DNA of 64,000 nt, taken from a virus. The stretch covers positions 46,871 through 110,870 of the IMG/VR virus record IMGVR_UViG_3300044724_004793, one strand, 5' to 3'. Numbering within the stretch: the first letter of the stretch is position 1; the number at the start of each line of letters is the position of its first letter. Of this stretch, positions 46,922 to 55,758 are shown in pieces. The translations under genes were made by a program, and so were the position numbers. The notes under the pieces are model-generated. The model saw nothing but the letters and a program-made list of their open reading frames with translations. It was not told where the DNA came from and made no database searches.

Positions 46922-47373
46922 TATTTAATAATCAAAAACCCACAGTACAGATGCTAGGAAGGTGGCAACCCTGGCACGACGGACATACTGAACTATTTAA
47001 AAAAACAGTAATCATAACTGGGCAAGTTGCTATTATGGTACGAGACGTTGGCGGCATCATTGGTGTAGATGCTGGGGATGGAAGAACAAAAGCGCAAATT
47101 GATAATCCGTTTAAGTTTGACGAGATTGTTCGTAATATTAGCCATGGACTACAAGAGCACGGCTACACATTAGGTAATGAATACATTATTATCCCAGTTC
47201 CTAATATTGTTGATATTAGTTATGGCCGAGGCGTAGGTTATACCTTTACAGAACATGACTTGGGTGCTGATGTGCATGAAATTAGCGCAACAAAGATACG
47301 TGCAGAAATGCGTGATAGTGGTGAGTTAGCGCCTATTGAAACTGTAGCAGTATTGGGCGGTGGAAATGAGTGA
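46918..47373 (+). CDS. HIGH-family nucleotidyltransferase (cytidyltransferase/ATP-sulfurylase-like)
   Basis: LGRWQPWHDGH, DNPF, YGRGVGY, ISATKIR. Confidence 0.7.
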   Translation: MIFNNQKPTVQMLGRWQPWHDGHTELFKKTVIITGQVAIMVRDVGGIIGVDAGDGRTKAQIDNPFKFDEIVRNISHGLQEHGYTLGNEYIIIPVPNIVDISYGRGVGYTFTEHDLGADVHEISATKIRAEMRDSGELAPIETVAVLGGGNE

Positions 47374-47926
47374 TTTGCCAGATATTGACATAGATTTTGC
47401 TGACCGTACACAGGTATTGGGACTTATACCACATACTCCGGCACGTTTAGAAACTAATAAACAGCATAATACTGGGGTATACTTTACAGATATCCCACGT
47501 AGTGTTGACGGTGTTGCTACAATTGATCACAAACGTGCAGAAGAGATGGGCTACTTTAAATTAGATATGCTTAATGTTGGCATATATGCAGGTATACGTG
47601 ATGAAGTACATTTAGTTGAACTTATGACACGGGAGCCAAATTGGAATAGGCTATGGGAAGATAAAGTGTTTTGCACAAAGATAACTCACATTGGTAATCA
47701 TTATGATCTAATACGTAGTATGAAACCAGATAGTATTACACGTATGGCGATGTTCCTAGCAGTGATGCGCCCAGGAAAAACAAATCTACGAAATAAGCCC
47801 TGGAAAGAGATTGCTAAAACTGTATGGGATCGTAATGTGGATGGGTTTACGTTTAGGAAGAGCCACGCAATTGCTTATTCACACCTGGTTGTCGTTCACG
47901 CGAACTTACTTGACTCGCTTGACTAA
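47366..47926 (+). CDS. Minimal DNA polymerase III alpha (DnaE)-like catalytic domain
   Basis: PDIDIDF, H.TGV, GYFKLDML, A..RPG, FRKSHAIAY in only 186 aa. Confidence 0.75.
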   Translation: MSDLPDIDIDFADRTQVLGLIPHTPARLETNKQHNTGVYFTDIPRSVDGVATIDHKRAEEMGYFKLDMLNVGIYAGIRDEVHLVELMTREPNWNRLWEDKVFCTKITHIGNHYDLIRSMKPDSITRMAMFLAVMRPGKTNLRNKPWKEIAKTVWDRNVDGFTFRKSHAIAYSHLVVVHANLLDSLD

Positions 47927-48277
47927 CTGTATATTGCGTCGTTTACCACGTTTGTGTGCAAGGCTTTGTATACTAACACTTGGACCAAACTTAATTTCAC
48001 AATCTTTAATATTAAGACTTACCATCGTAAATTGAAATGGTGTCCAATCAGTGCGTAAAAAAAGATTAATTGGAATCTGTCTGTTAGATTCCCACCACCA
48101 TGTTTCTGCTAATTGCAGATAACTCTCTTTTTCGTCTATTGTTCTGCAACGACTTATGTCATACATACTTAAAACGGTATCGTCATGGTTTTGGATAACC
48201 CCAACGTATTCTTGATTGCCATAAGCAACAAGGCTTAGGAACGGATATTTTTCTTTAAGATCTTTTGTTATGTCCAT
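47906..48277 (-). CDS. Hypothetical protein
   Basis: YPFLS...EYVGVIQN...WWWESNRQIPINLFL; basic tail. Confidence 0.65.
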   Translation of the reverse strand: MDITKDLKEKYPFLSLVAYGNQEYVGVIQNHDDTVLSMYDISRCRTIDEKESYLQLAETWWWESNRQIPINLFLRTDWTPFQFTMVSLNIKDCEIKFGPSVSIQSLAHKRGKRRNIQLVKRVK

Positions 48278-48295
48278 TTTTCGATAAATACATAT

Positions 48296-49054
48296 ATGAC
48301 TGCTATTACAACATACTTATACAAACAAAATCATAAGGTTGTGATTGTTGATTCAGGAGTTAATAATACAATGAGCATGTTTTACACACCAAACATCAAA
48401 ATATTCCGCGGAATTAACAACGATATACGATGTAATTTTGTGAACAGAGATCAGAAGAAGACTAGTTTAACAGACAAAACTGTGGTTTTTATTATGATTG
48501 ATAAAGAAAACAGTACCACATATCTGGAAAGAACTGCTACTATCCTGGATGCACCTGCGGGTATTGCTGAAGTTAAGATTTTAGACAGCGATTTATTTGA
48601 TTTAGATGCAAAATATTATACATACGCATTTAAAGTAACTGACGGAGAAGGTAATATACAGATTGGTTATAGTGATGATAACTATGGTGCCAATGGCACA
48701 ATAGAACTAGTAGAAGGTGTATACCCAACTTTTAAAGCAAGTACCATTGAAGATTTTGGCGGCGGAAGCGTTGGATCAACTATTACACTAGATCCCTACA
48801 TCAATCGTAACATTGCTCAACACACTGCACAGGTATACTTTGGTAGTGCATTTACAGGCACACTAACAATTGAAGGCAGTCTTAGTCCTAGTCAGAGCGC
48901 ACTATCAAACAACGAATTTGTAACTATTAGCACACAATCATATTCAGCTCAGGAAGACCCGGTTATGGTAAACTGGAATGGTATATACAGTGCAGTCCGG
49001 TTCAAACGCACCACAACAACAGGAACCCTAAGCAAAGTACTATATAGGCCCTAA
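48296..49054 (+). CDS. Probable structural (baseplate/Ig-like) protein
   Basis: TAAATA 5 nt before ATG; beta-rich; FTGTLTIEGS...VRF. Confidence 0.5.
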   Translation: MTAITTYLYKQNHKVVIVDSGVNNTMSMFYTPNIKIFRGINNDIRCNFVNRDQKKTSLTDKTVVFIMIDKENSTTYLERTATILDAPAGIAEVKILDSDLFDLDAKYYTYAFKVTDGEGNIQIGYSDDNYGANGTIELVEGVYPTFKASTIEDFGGGSVGSTITLDPYINRNIAQHTAQVYFGSAFTGTLTIEGSLSPSQSALSNNEFVTISTQSYSAQEDPVMVNWNGIYSAVRFKRTTTTGTLSKVLYRP

Positions 49055-49731
49055 TGAAACTCGTAGGATTTGGTTGTAGTTTTACCTATGGCAGTGAGCT
49101 GTTAGATCCTGAGTTAGCCAAAGGTGATGACAGCTATCATTATAACAACATTCCATACAGAGAGAAACACTGCTGGCTAGGTCAACTTGCTGAAATGCTG
49201 GGTTGCAGTTTCGATAACCGTGCAAGCCCTGCAGGAAGTAATTTTTTCATACAAGAAGAATTTGGTGATTGGTTTGACAAGCATTCTCCAGACGATGATG
49301 ATATAGTATGCATAGGATGGTCCAACCATTTGAGAACGAGTTGGTGGAACGATGAGGAATTTCGTTGGATGCACGATGGATTTATTAGGTCCAAGGATGA
49401 AAAACACTTCCATGCGAGTTTTAAAGAGTGGATAACTTTAAGTTACGGTAGATGCGTACAAGCAACTAATCATGCTAAACTGTTTGTTAACAGCGTTTGT
49501 CAAGTAAACAATATAAAAATTATTCAGTTTAATGCATTGGATAACATTCCTACTCCGTACAAGTTTTCCAACTACCACCAAGGCGATCAAAATATGCAGG
49601 ATGTATTGCGGAAAGAAAATATAAATTTAGAGAAGAATTTTTTAGCATTGGGCGGACATCCTAACGAAGCGGGCCATAAACATTATGCTAAAATGTTACA
49701 CAGTTGGGCAGAAGCTAAGAAGATACTATGA
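49054..49731 (+). CDS. SGNH-like protein
   Basis: FGCSFTYG, N.A.PAGSN, GWS..LR, GHPNEAGH. Confidence 0.6.
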   Translation: MKLVGFGCSFTYGSELLDPELAKGDDSYHYNNIPYREKHCWLGQLAEMLGCSFDNRASPAGSNFFIQEEFGDWFDKHSPDDDDIVCIGWSNHLRTSWWNDEEFRWMHDGFIRSKDEKHFHASFKEWITLSYGRCVQATNHAKLFVNSVCQVNNIKIIQFNALDNIPTPYKFSNYHQGDQNMQDVLRKENINLEKNFLALGGHPNEAGHKHYAKMLHSWAEAKKIL

Positions 49732-50306
49732 AAAAATTATGGCAATATGGGTGTAGTATTAGTTTAGGTGAAGAAGCAACACGCCCATATGGTTTATTGG
49801 CCGCTGAACATTATGGATATGAACTAGTACAACAGAGCGAAAGTAGTTCAAGTAATTCCCACATTGCGCTTAAATTTTGTGAGCAGTACAAGCAGATTAC
49901 TAGTAACGATCTAGTAATATTTGGATGGAGTCATCCTAATAGACAAAGTTGGTATAACAAAAAAACTGAACGTTGGGAACACATGAATTATGTGCAAGGA
50001 AAGAAGAGAGGTAGTGCATTAGTAGATAGTTGTAAAGATTACCTAGTAAATCAACATAGCGAATACATAGAACACTTGCACACTTGGTATCCTCGTCATA
50101 TTGTAGAAACTACATGTAATTTAAATAACTTGCGCTATATGCATGTTGATTGTGTCCCTGGCATGGTTACCAAATTAGGTGCTGTTGGGGATAATAAGGA
50201 AAGTAAGTCAAAGTATATAGCGGATCATTTACACCCAAATGACTTAGGTCATGTGAAAATATTTCAATTGATTAAATCGGAATTAGATAGTATAATACAT
50301 ATATGA
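49728..50306 (+). CDS. SGNH-like protein
   Basis: YGCSISLG, SSSN, GWSHPNR, LHPNDLGH. Confidence 0.6.
   Translation: MKKLWQYGCSISLGEEATRPYGLLAAEHYGYELVQQSESSSSNSHIALKFCEQYKQITSNDLVIFGWSHPNRQSWYNKKTERWEHMNYVQGKKRGSALVDSCKDYLVNQHSEYIEHLHTWYPRHIVETTCNLNNLRYMHVDCVPGMVTKLGAVGDNKESKSKYIADHLHPNDLGHVKIFQLIKSELDSIIHI
50268..50296 (+). promoter_or_regulatory. sigma70-like promoter TTGATT-17-TATAAT, 6 nt before the primase ATG
   Basis: Read directly; inside the 3' end of the upstream ORF. Confidence 0.6.
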
Positions 50307-51274
50307 ACTCTATTCAGCAAGTAGTATTTGATCACTTACCCAAACACAAACGCAGTTCCAGCGGATGGGTTTCGTTTAATGCGGTGTGCTGTCATCATAC
50401 TGGCGAAAGTATGGACAAGCGTGGTAGAGGTGGCGTAATCACTAATGGCGAAGGTATTAGCTATCATTGCTTTAACTGCGGCTATAAGAGTGGATGGAAG
50501 CCTGGCAGACATATAAGTTATAAGTTCCGCAAATTATTAGATTGGCTAGGCGCCGACGAGAACGAAAGACAACGTGTGGTTGTAGAAGCCTTGCGTATTA
50601 AAGAAACTGTAGTTTTAGAGGATGATGAACTAGAGTCAGAGTTTACGATAGAGTTCCCCGACCGAGAATTACCAGTAGATGCAGTACCACTAACACAGGC
50701 ACCACAGCAATTACAAGACTATGCACTAGAGCGTTGTATGCCTATAAATGAATTATTTTGGAGTAATACAAAACCTGCTAGAATGTATAATAGGGTAATT
50801 ATACCCTGCACCTGGCAGGGTCGTGTCATAGGGTCAATTGCGAGGGCAATCGATACAGAGACCAAACCCAAGTACTTTAATAACTATGAGAATAACTATG
50901 TATATGGCATAGACAGGCAGGTGGAGAGTGGAAAGTTTAGTATAGTGTGTGAAGGTATCATTGATGCAATGACTATTGGAGGCATTGCCACACTTAGTAA
51001 CAGATGCAACGAAACACAGGCACAAATAATAGATACTGTGGGCAGAGAGATTGTGTTAGTGCCTGATAAGGATGCCGCTGGACAGGCACTGATAGATAAT
51101 GCACTGGAGTATGGCTGGAGTGTGAGCTTTCCGGAATGGGAACCAGATGTAAAAGATATAAATGCCGCAGTGGTAAAATATGGTAAACTGTTTACATTAA
51201 AGACTATAATTGATGCTAAACAAACAAATAGTTTAAAAATTAATTTAATGAGGAAAAAATGGATATTTGGTTAA
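50303..51274 (+). CDS. DNA primase (T4 gp61-like)
   Basis: Zn ribbon CC...HCFNC; TOPRIM VCEGIIDA, PDKDAAG, KDIN. Confidence 0.85.
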   Translation: MNSIQQVVFDHLPKHKRSSSGWVSFNAVCCHHTGESMDKRGRGGVITNGEGISYHCFNCGYKSGWKPGRHISYKFRKLLDWLGADENERQRVVVEALRIKETVVLEDDELESEFTIEFPDRELPVDAVPLTQAPQQLQDYALERCMPINELFWSNTKPARMYNRVIIPCTWQGRVIGSIARAIDTETKPKYFNNYENNYVYGIDRQVESGKFSIVCEGIIDAMTIGGIATLSNRCNETQAQIIDTVGREIVLVPDKDAAGQALIDNALEYGWSVSFPEWEPDVKDINAAVVKYGKLFTLKTIIDAKQTNSLKINLMRKKWIFG

Positions 51275-52089
51275 GTTTTCTTCCTGGGAGTGGTGCTAGT
51301 GGTATAGAAATGATTCTGCGATCTTGTACGAACTTAGAAACTCTGCCAGTAGTTGATTTATGGAGCAAAGAGAAAGATTGCATAACAGGTCATGGAAACT
51401 TTAAACAATGGCATCCTACAACTGAAAAGGATCTTTTTAATCCAGAGTACACGAGTGTCAAAGATAATATTTTTACCCCTATATTGCCAATGCCAACACT
51501 TAACGGTTATCAAATATTAGAATATATATCTACTAAACCAGGCATAAAATTTTATCTAGGACCGTCGAACAAAGAAAGTATTGAGTTTGCAGTAATAACA
51601 AAACAAAAAGTGCCTAGTTATCCAAGTGACACAGTATGTTTAGAACATGCTACTAACTGGAGCACTGGTAGTTTAGAACAATGGGAAATTAGAGAAGCAA
51701 TAAGTCTAAACTTTATGCAATGGTTTGTGCCACAAATGATGGAGCAATGGCAAATTGCGACTGATCTTGGATTTACGTGTATAGATACATTGGAAATTTT
51801 TCAATATTATCCAAGAGTAGTTGATGGTATAATAAATCAACTTGGTTGCAAAATTAAAGATAATAATATGTACAAACACCAGGCACAGCATTGGTTTGAT
51901 GGACAAAATAAAATATGGGACGATTGGCATAGCTATACAGAGTATAAACGAGGTAGGGGTAAACTAACAGGAGATATTGTACAAGAAGCAATGATCCAGT
52001 ATAATTTAAGAGAGCAAGGGATAGAATTAAAGTGTTATGGACTTAATACGTTCCCAGACGCACAGTCACTAAAGGAATATTATGAGTAA
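51259..52089 (+). CDS. Hypothetical protein, possibly sulfotransferase-like P-loop fold
   Basis: N-terminal SFLPGSGASGI resembles a sulfotransferase PSB loop. Confidence 0.4.
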   Translation: MDIWLSFLPGSGASGIEMILRSCTNLETLPVVDLWSKEKDCITGHGNFKQWHPTTEKDLFNPEYTSVKDNIFTPILPMPTLNGYQILEYISTKPGIKFYLGPSNKESIEFAVITKQKVPSYPSDTVCLEHATNWSTGSLEQWEIREAISLNFMQWFVPQMMEQWQIATDLGFTCIDTLEIFQYYPRVVDGIINQLGCKIKDNNMYKHQAQHWFDGQNKIWDDWHSYTEYKRGRGKLTGDIVQEAMIQYNLREQGIELKCYGLNTFPDAQSLKEYYE

Positions 52090-53473
52090 AGAATACACTC
52101 CAGATTTACAAAAACTTTTCATTGAGATGATGATGCAAAATGCACAAAATTACGTCAGAGTGCAGAACATCTATAATCCAGAGAACTTTGATCGTAGCCT
52201 TCGTGACGCCGCGGTTTTTATACAGGACCATTGTACTAATCACACAACGATGCCCACGTATGAGCAATTACTAGCAACTACGGGATTGGAGGCTAAACCT
52301 ATCCCAGACATGGTAGATGGTCATAATGATTGGTTCCTGGATGAATTTGAAGGATTTACAAGACGTAACGAACTAGAACGTGCAATCCTTAGGAGTGCAG
52401 ATTTATTAGAGCAAGGTGATTATGATCCAGTAGAAAAATTAATTAAAGACGCAGTGCAAATTAGTCTAACCAAAGACATGGGCACTGATTATTTTGCAGA
52501 CCCCCGTGCAAGGCTTATGGCACTTAAAGACAATAACGGACAAGTAAGCACAGGTTGGCCTGCAATGGATCGTAAACTGTTTGGTGGTATGAACAAGGGT
52601 GAACTTAATATCTTTGCAGGCGGTTCAGGCAGTGGGAAGAGTTTGTTTATGCAAAACCTAGCAGTTAACTGGGTAACAGCAGGACTTAGTGGTTGCTATG
52701 TAACACTAGAGCTTAGTGAAGGCTTGAGTGCAATGCGTATTGACAGTATGCTTACAAACGTGAGCACAAAAGAAGTGTTTAAGGATTTGGATACTGTTGA
52801 GATGAAAGTTCGGATGGTTGGCAAGAAGAGCGGTAATTTGCGAATCAAGTATATGCCAGCACAGAGTACAGTAAATGATATTAGAGCGTTCTTAAAAGAA
52901 TTAGAGATAACACAAGGATTAAAAGCAGACTTCCTGTTAATTGATTATTTGGATCTGTTAATGCCAGTTAGTACTAAAGTTAGTCCAAGTGATTTGTTTG
53001 TTAAAGACAAGTACGTTAGTGAGGAACTACGTAACTTGGCAAAAGAACTAGATTGTATCTTTGTTACAGCATCGCAGTTAAACCGTAGTGCAGTTGAAGA
53101 GATTGAATTTGACCACAGCCATATTAGTGGTGGTATTAGTAAGATTAATACAGCAGATAACGTGTTTGGTATCTTTACAAGTAGAGCAATGCGCGAACGT
53201 GGGCGTTATCAAATACAGTTAATGAAAACACGTAGCAGTAGTGGCGTAGGACAAAAAGTTGACCTAGGTTTTGATCTAGAGAGTTTGCGCATTTTAGATT
53301 TAGGCGATGACGACGAGTATCAACAACCAACAGGCTCTAAAATTATGGATTCAATTAAAGCCAAAGCAGACGGTGTCGTAGACAGCGGCGATCAGGAAGT
53401 GGGTAAGATCACTGCTAATATACAAAGCAGTAAACTCAAGGACATGCTTGCTGGATTAAAGGCAGGTGGTTAG
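52082..53473 (+). CDS. Replicative DnaB-like helicase (T4 gp41-like)
   Basis: GGSGSGKS, TLELSE, LIDYLDL, TASQLNR, KTR. Confidence 0.92.
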   Translation: MSKEYTPDLQKLFIEMMMQNAQNYVRVQNIYNPENFDRSLRDAAVFIQDHCTNHTTMPTYEQLLATTGLEAKPIPDMVDGHNDWFLDEFEGFTRRNELERAILRSADLLEQGDYDPVEKLIKDAVQISLTKDMGTDYFADPRARLMALKDNNGQVSTGWPAMDRKLFGGMNKGELNIFAGGSGSGKSLFMQNLAVNWVTAGLSGCYVTLELSEGLSAMRIDSMLTNVSTKEVFKDLDTVEMKVRMVGKKSGNLRIKYMPAQSTVNDIRAFLKELEITQGLKADFLLIDYLDLLMPVSTKVSPSDLFVKDKYVSEELRNLAKELDCIFVTASQLNRSAVEEIEFDHSHISGGISKINTADNVFGIFTSRAMRERGRYQIQLMKTRSSSGVGQKVDLGFDLESLRILDLGDDDEYQQPTGSKIMDSIKAKADGVVDSGDQEVGKITANIQSSKLKDMLAGLKAGG

Positions 53474-54432
53474 TGTTAGTTATAACACCTGCTGCAGGCA
53501 CATATATAGTTGGTTCAGCAGATGACGGTGTGGTGCGTGTTCTTGATCACCAGCCTGAAAATGCCAGCTTTGAACTACAGTTTGACGATGCTACAAGCTC
53601 TGTGTACGTAGACCAAGATTATAATCAGATTAAAACTATAATACAAGAATATGGCTATAAGACTGACAGGGTATACTTTGACGATTATATTTGCTGGGAA
53701 AACTTTGACTATCCAGCAGAGTTTAAGCCAGGCTTTTTTATTGAAGAGTGTGGCATGTTTGCTAAAACAGCATATACAGATTCCCCTAAAACAGACCAAT
53801 TTAAATTATTTGCGATGATGAATAAGCCGAGGTCTAATCGGTTATTGGTTAGCGCATGGTTACATAATAATTTACAAACTGAAAGTTTTTCTTATACTCA
53901 GAGTTGGGAAGCAGACGATCTAAATCATATTATTAGGTTAGCAGATCTAGTTAGAAATTCTAAATATTCCAATCTTACCAACTTCCTTCCCAAGCATTAC
54001 ATTACATATAATGGAGCAACACCAGAAAATTATCTACAGGGACTTAGTGGTAATGTAGATATATGGAATAATGTACTATGTAACAATTTCTCTCAGAGTA
54101 CATTTAGTTTGATAACAGAGCCTGAGTTTTGGGAAAAAGGCGGGGGAATTAGTGAAAAGTATCTTATGACATTGTATGGGCACTGTATGCCAATATTTTG
54201 TAGCGGATATAAAATTCCTGATACCCTGGCTCTTGCTGGGTTTGATGTATTTGCCGACATAATTAATCACGACTATCAGTATATGGATAACCCCAGTGAG
54301 AGAGTTCTCTCAGCTTTGGAATTAAACAAAGATTTATTAATTACAGGTAATGTAAAAAAGACAGACTATACTAGTAGGCATGAAAAAAATTTAAAATTAA
54401 TCACTACAGACCTAGATAAATTTGCCAGTTAA
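53473..54432 (+). CDS. Putative glycosyltransferase-like protein ('ET...TEKT' family)
   Basis: MNKPRSNR, FSLITEP, ISEKY, GFDVF.DIINH.Y. Confidence 0.5.
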   Translation: MLVITPAAGTYIVGSADDGVVRVLDHQPENASFELQFDDATSSVYVDQDYNQIKTIIQEYGYKTDRVYFDDYICWENFDYPAEFKPGFFIEECGMFAKTAYTDSPKTDQFKLFAMMNKPRSNRLLVSAWLHNNLQTESFSYTQSWEADDLNHIIRLADLVRNSKYSNLTNFLPKHYITYNGATPENYLQGLSGNVDIWNNVLCNNFSQSTFSLITEPEFWEKGGGISEKYLMTLYGHCMPIFCSGYKIPDTLALAGFDVFADIINHDYQYMDNPSERVLSALELNKDLLITGNVKKTDYTSRHEKNLKLITTDLDKFAS

Positions 54433-54471
54433 TACTACTCTGACACAGTGTTTGAAAAGGTTAAAAATAAA

Positions 54472-54658
54472 CCATGAAGGACGCTGGCATCAACCAGTTA
54501 ATAAACAAATAACAGAATTATTAGATAATAGTAATAATGCGTTAAAGACGCCTTTAAATGAGTGTATAGAGTGGTTTAATCGCATACCAAGTTGCTGGAA
54601 TAAATCTAATTTTGAAGATGGCAGACTGGTTGTGTGCGATAATGCCTGCGGTAATTGA
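54472..54658 (+). pseudogene. Remnant C-terminus of a radical SAM/SPASM gene
   Basis: NNALKTPLNECIEWF...W...VCDNACG parallels the C-terminus of 39222-40268; no proper start or RBS. Confidence 0.55.
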
Positions 54659-54703
54659 GGTAATTACCAACAAAATATGGATAAATAATATTTATAATAC
54701 TGG

Positions 54704-54970
54704 ATGTTTAAATTGAAACGAAATACTAGAAGCCTATTAGAAGAATTAAACAGTGTTAAACATTCGCATGACCGTAAGCATGTTATTGAACGCACTGGCG
54801 AAAGCCTAATTCAAAGCGCAATTAACCTGTTTGAGGAGTTTCATCGTAATTACGACACTGAAACTGCTGTTGACCTAGAGCACAGGCTAATTAATAGTAT
54901 TCGTCATCAGGATTTAAACCGGTTTAGGAGAGGCATTAAGAGAGCCGCAACTAATGAAAATAAAAAGTAA
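54704..54970 (+). CDS. Hypothetical protein
   Basis: TAAATA upstream; TRSLLEELN. Confidence 0.6.
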   Translation: MFKLKRNTRSLLEELNSVKHSHDRKHVIERTGESLIQSAINLFEEFHRNYDTETAVDLEHRLINSIRHQDLNRFRRGIKRAATNENKK

Positions 54971-54987
54971 AACAAGGCATAGTTAAT

Positions 54988-55758
54988 ATGACACCTAGAA
55001 TATTATCAGAGGGCGGCAATATCTTTAAAGACGAAGATGGAAACCCTGTAACACAACGTATTAACCAAGCAGATGTAGACCCCACACTTGCCTGGGTTGA
55101 GGCTATCACTGGCATACCACATAAAGATTTTAAATTAGGATCAACTGGAATTCGCTCCACATCAGGTGATATGGATATTGCTGTTAACCAAAATGAGGTT
55201 GATAAGGCTGACTTATATAACACGTTAGCTGCTTGGGCACAGAAGAACCACCCAGAAGACAATGTCAGACAGTGGGTTGCCAAGTCAGGTATTAGTGTTC
55301 ATTTTAAAACTCCTATTAACGGCGATCCCAATCAGGGGTATGTACAAACAGATCTGATGTTTGGTGATCCTGAATGGATGAAGTTTACAATGAAGGGTGC
55401 TGGCGATGATACGCCATTTAAAGGAATGCACCGTGCTATCCTAATGGCATCTGTAGCTAAAGCACTGGGAATGAAGTGGTCTCCCAAGGACGGATTAATT
55501 AATAGAGAAACAAATGAAGTATTATCCAGAGATCCTGATCAAATTGCAGAGATGTTACTTGGGAAAGGCGCTAACCGCGGTGACCTAGATAGTGTTGAGT
55601 CAATGATTGCTAAACTCAAGGGTAGACCAGACTATCAAGCAGTGACAGCAGATGCAAGAGAAGCATTTGCGAGAGACAAGTTAACACTGCCAGAATCAGT
55701 TTATACACGAGTAGGCACTACTGACTGGTTTAAACAACTGTCAGAGAAATTAAAATGA
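54988..55758 (+). CDS. Pol-beta-superfamily nucleotidyltransferase-like protein
   Basis: LGSTG...SGDMDIAV...VQTDLM; LSE|GGN N-terminus. Confidence 0.65.
   Translation: MTPRILSEGGNIFKDEDGNPVTQRINQADVDPTLAWVEAITGIPHKDFKLGSTGIRSTSGDMDIAVNQNEVDKADLYNTLAAWAQKNHPEDNVRQWVAKSGISVHFKTPINGDPNQGYVQTDLMFGDPEWMKFTMKGAGDDTPFKGMHRAILMASVAKALGMKWSPKDGLINRETNEVLSRDPDQIAEMLLGKGANRGDLDSVESMIAKLKGRPDYQAVTADAREAFARDKLTLPESVYTRVGTTDWFKQLSEKLK

Noticed and set aside
44290-47400. Similar starts ATGAGTGAC/T (MSDL) of the 44292 and 47366 genes as an insertion scar
   Set aside because: Identity is short and broken; chance similarity cannot be excluded.
3577-53473. Inteins or introns in terminase, UvsX, UvsW or helicase
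   Set aside because: Lengths are ordinary and motifs are contiguous, with no splice-junction or homing-endonuclease motifs.
54430-54477. Read-through of TAA extending the 53473 gene by 14 codons
   Set aside because: No recoding signal; better explained as junction sequence next to the radical SAM remnant.
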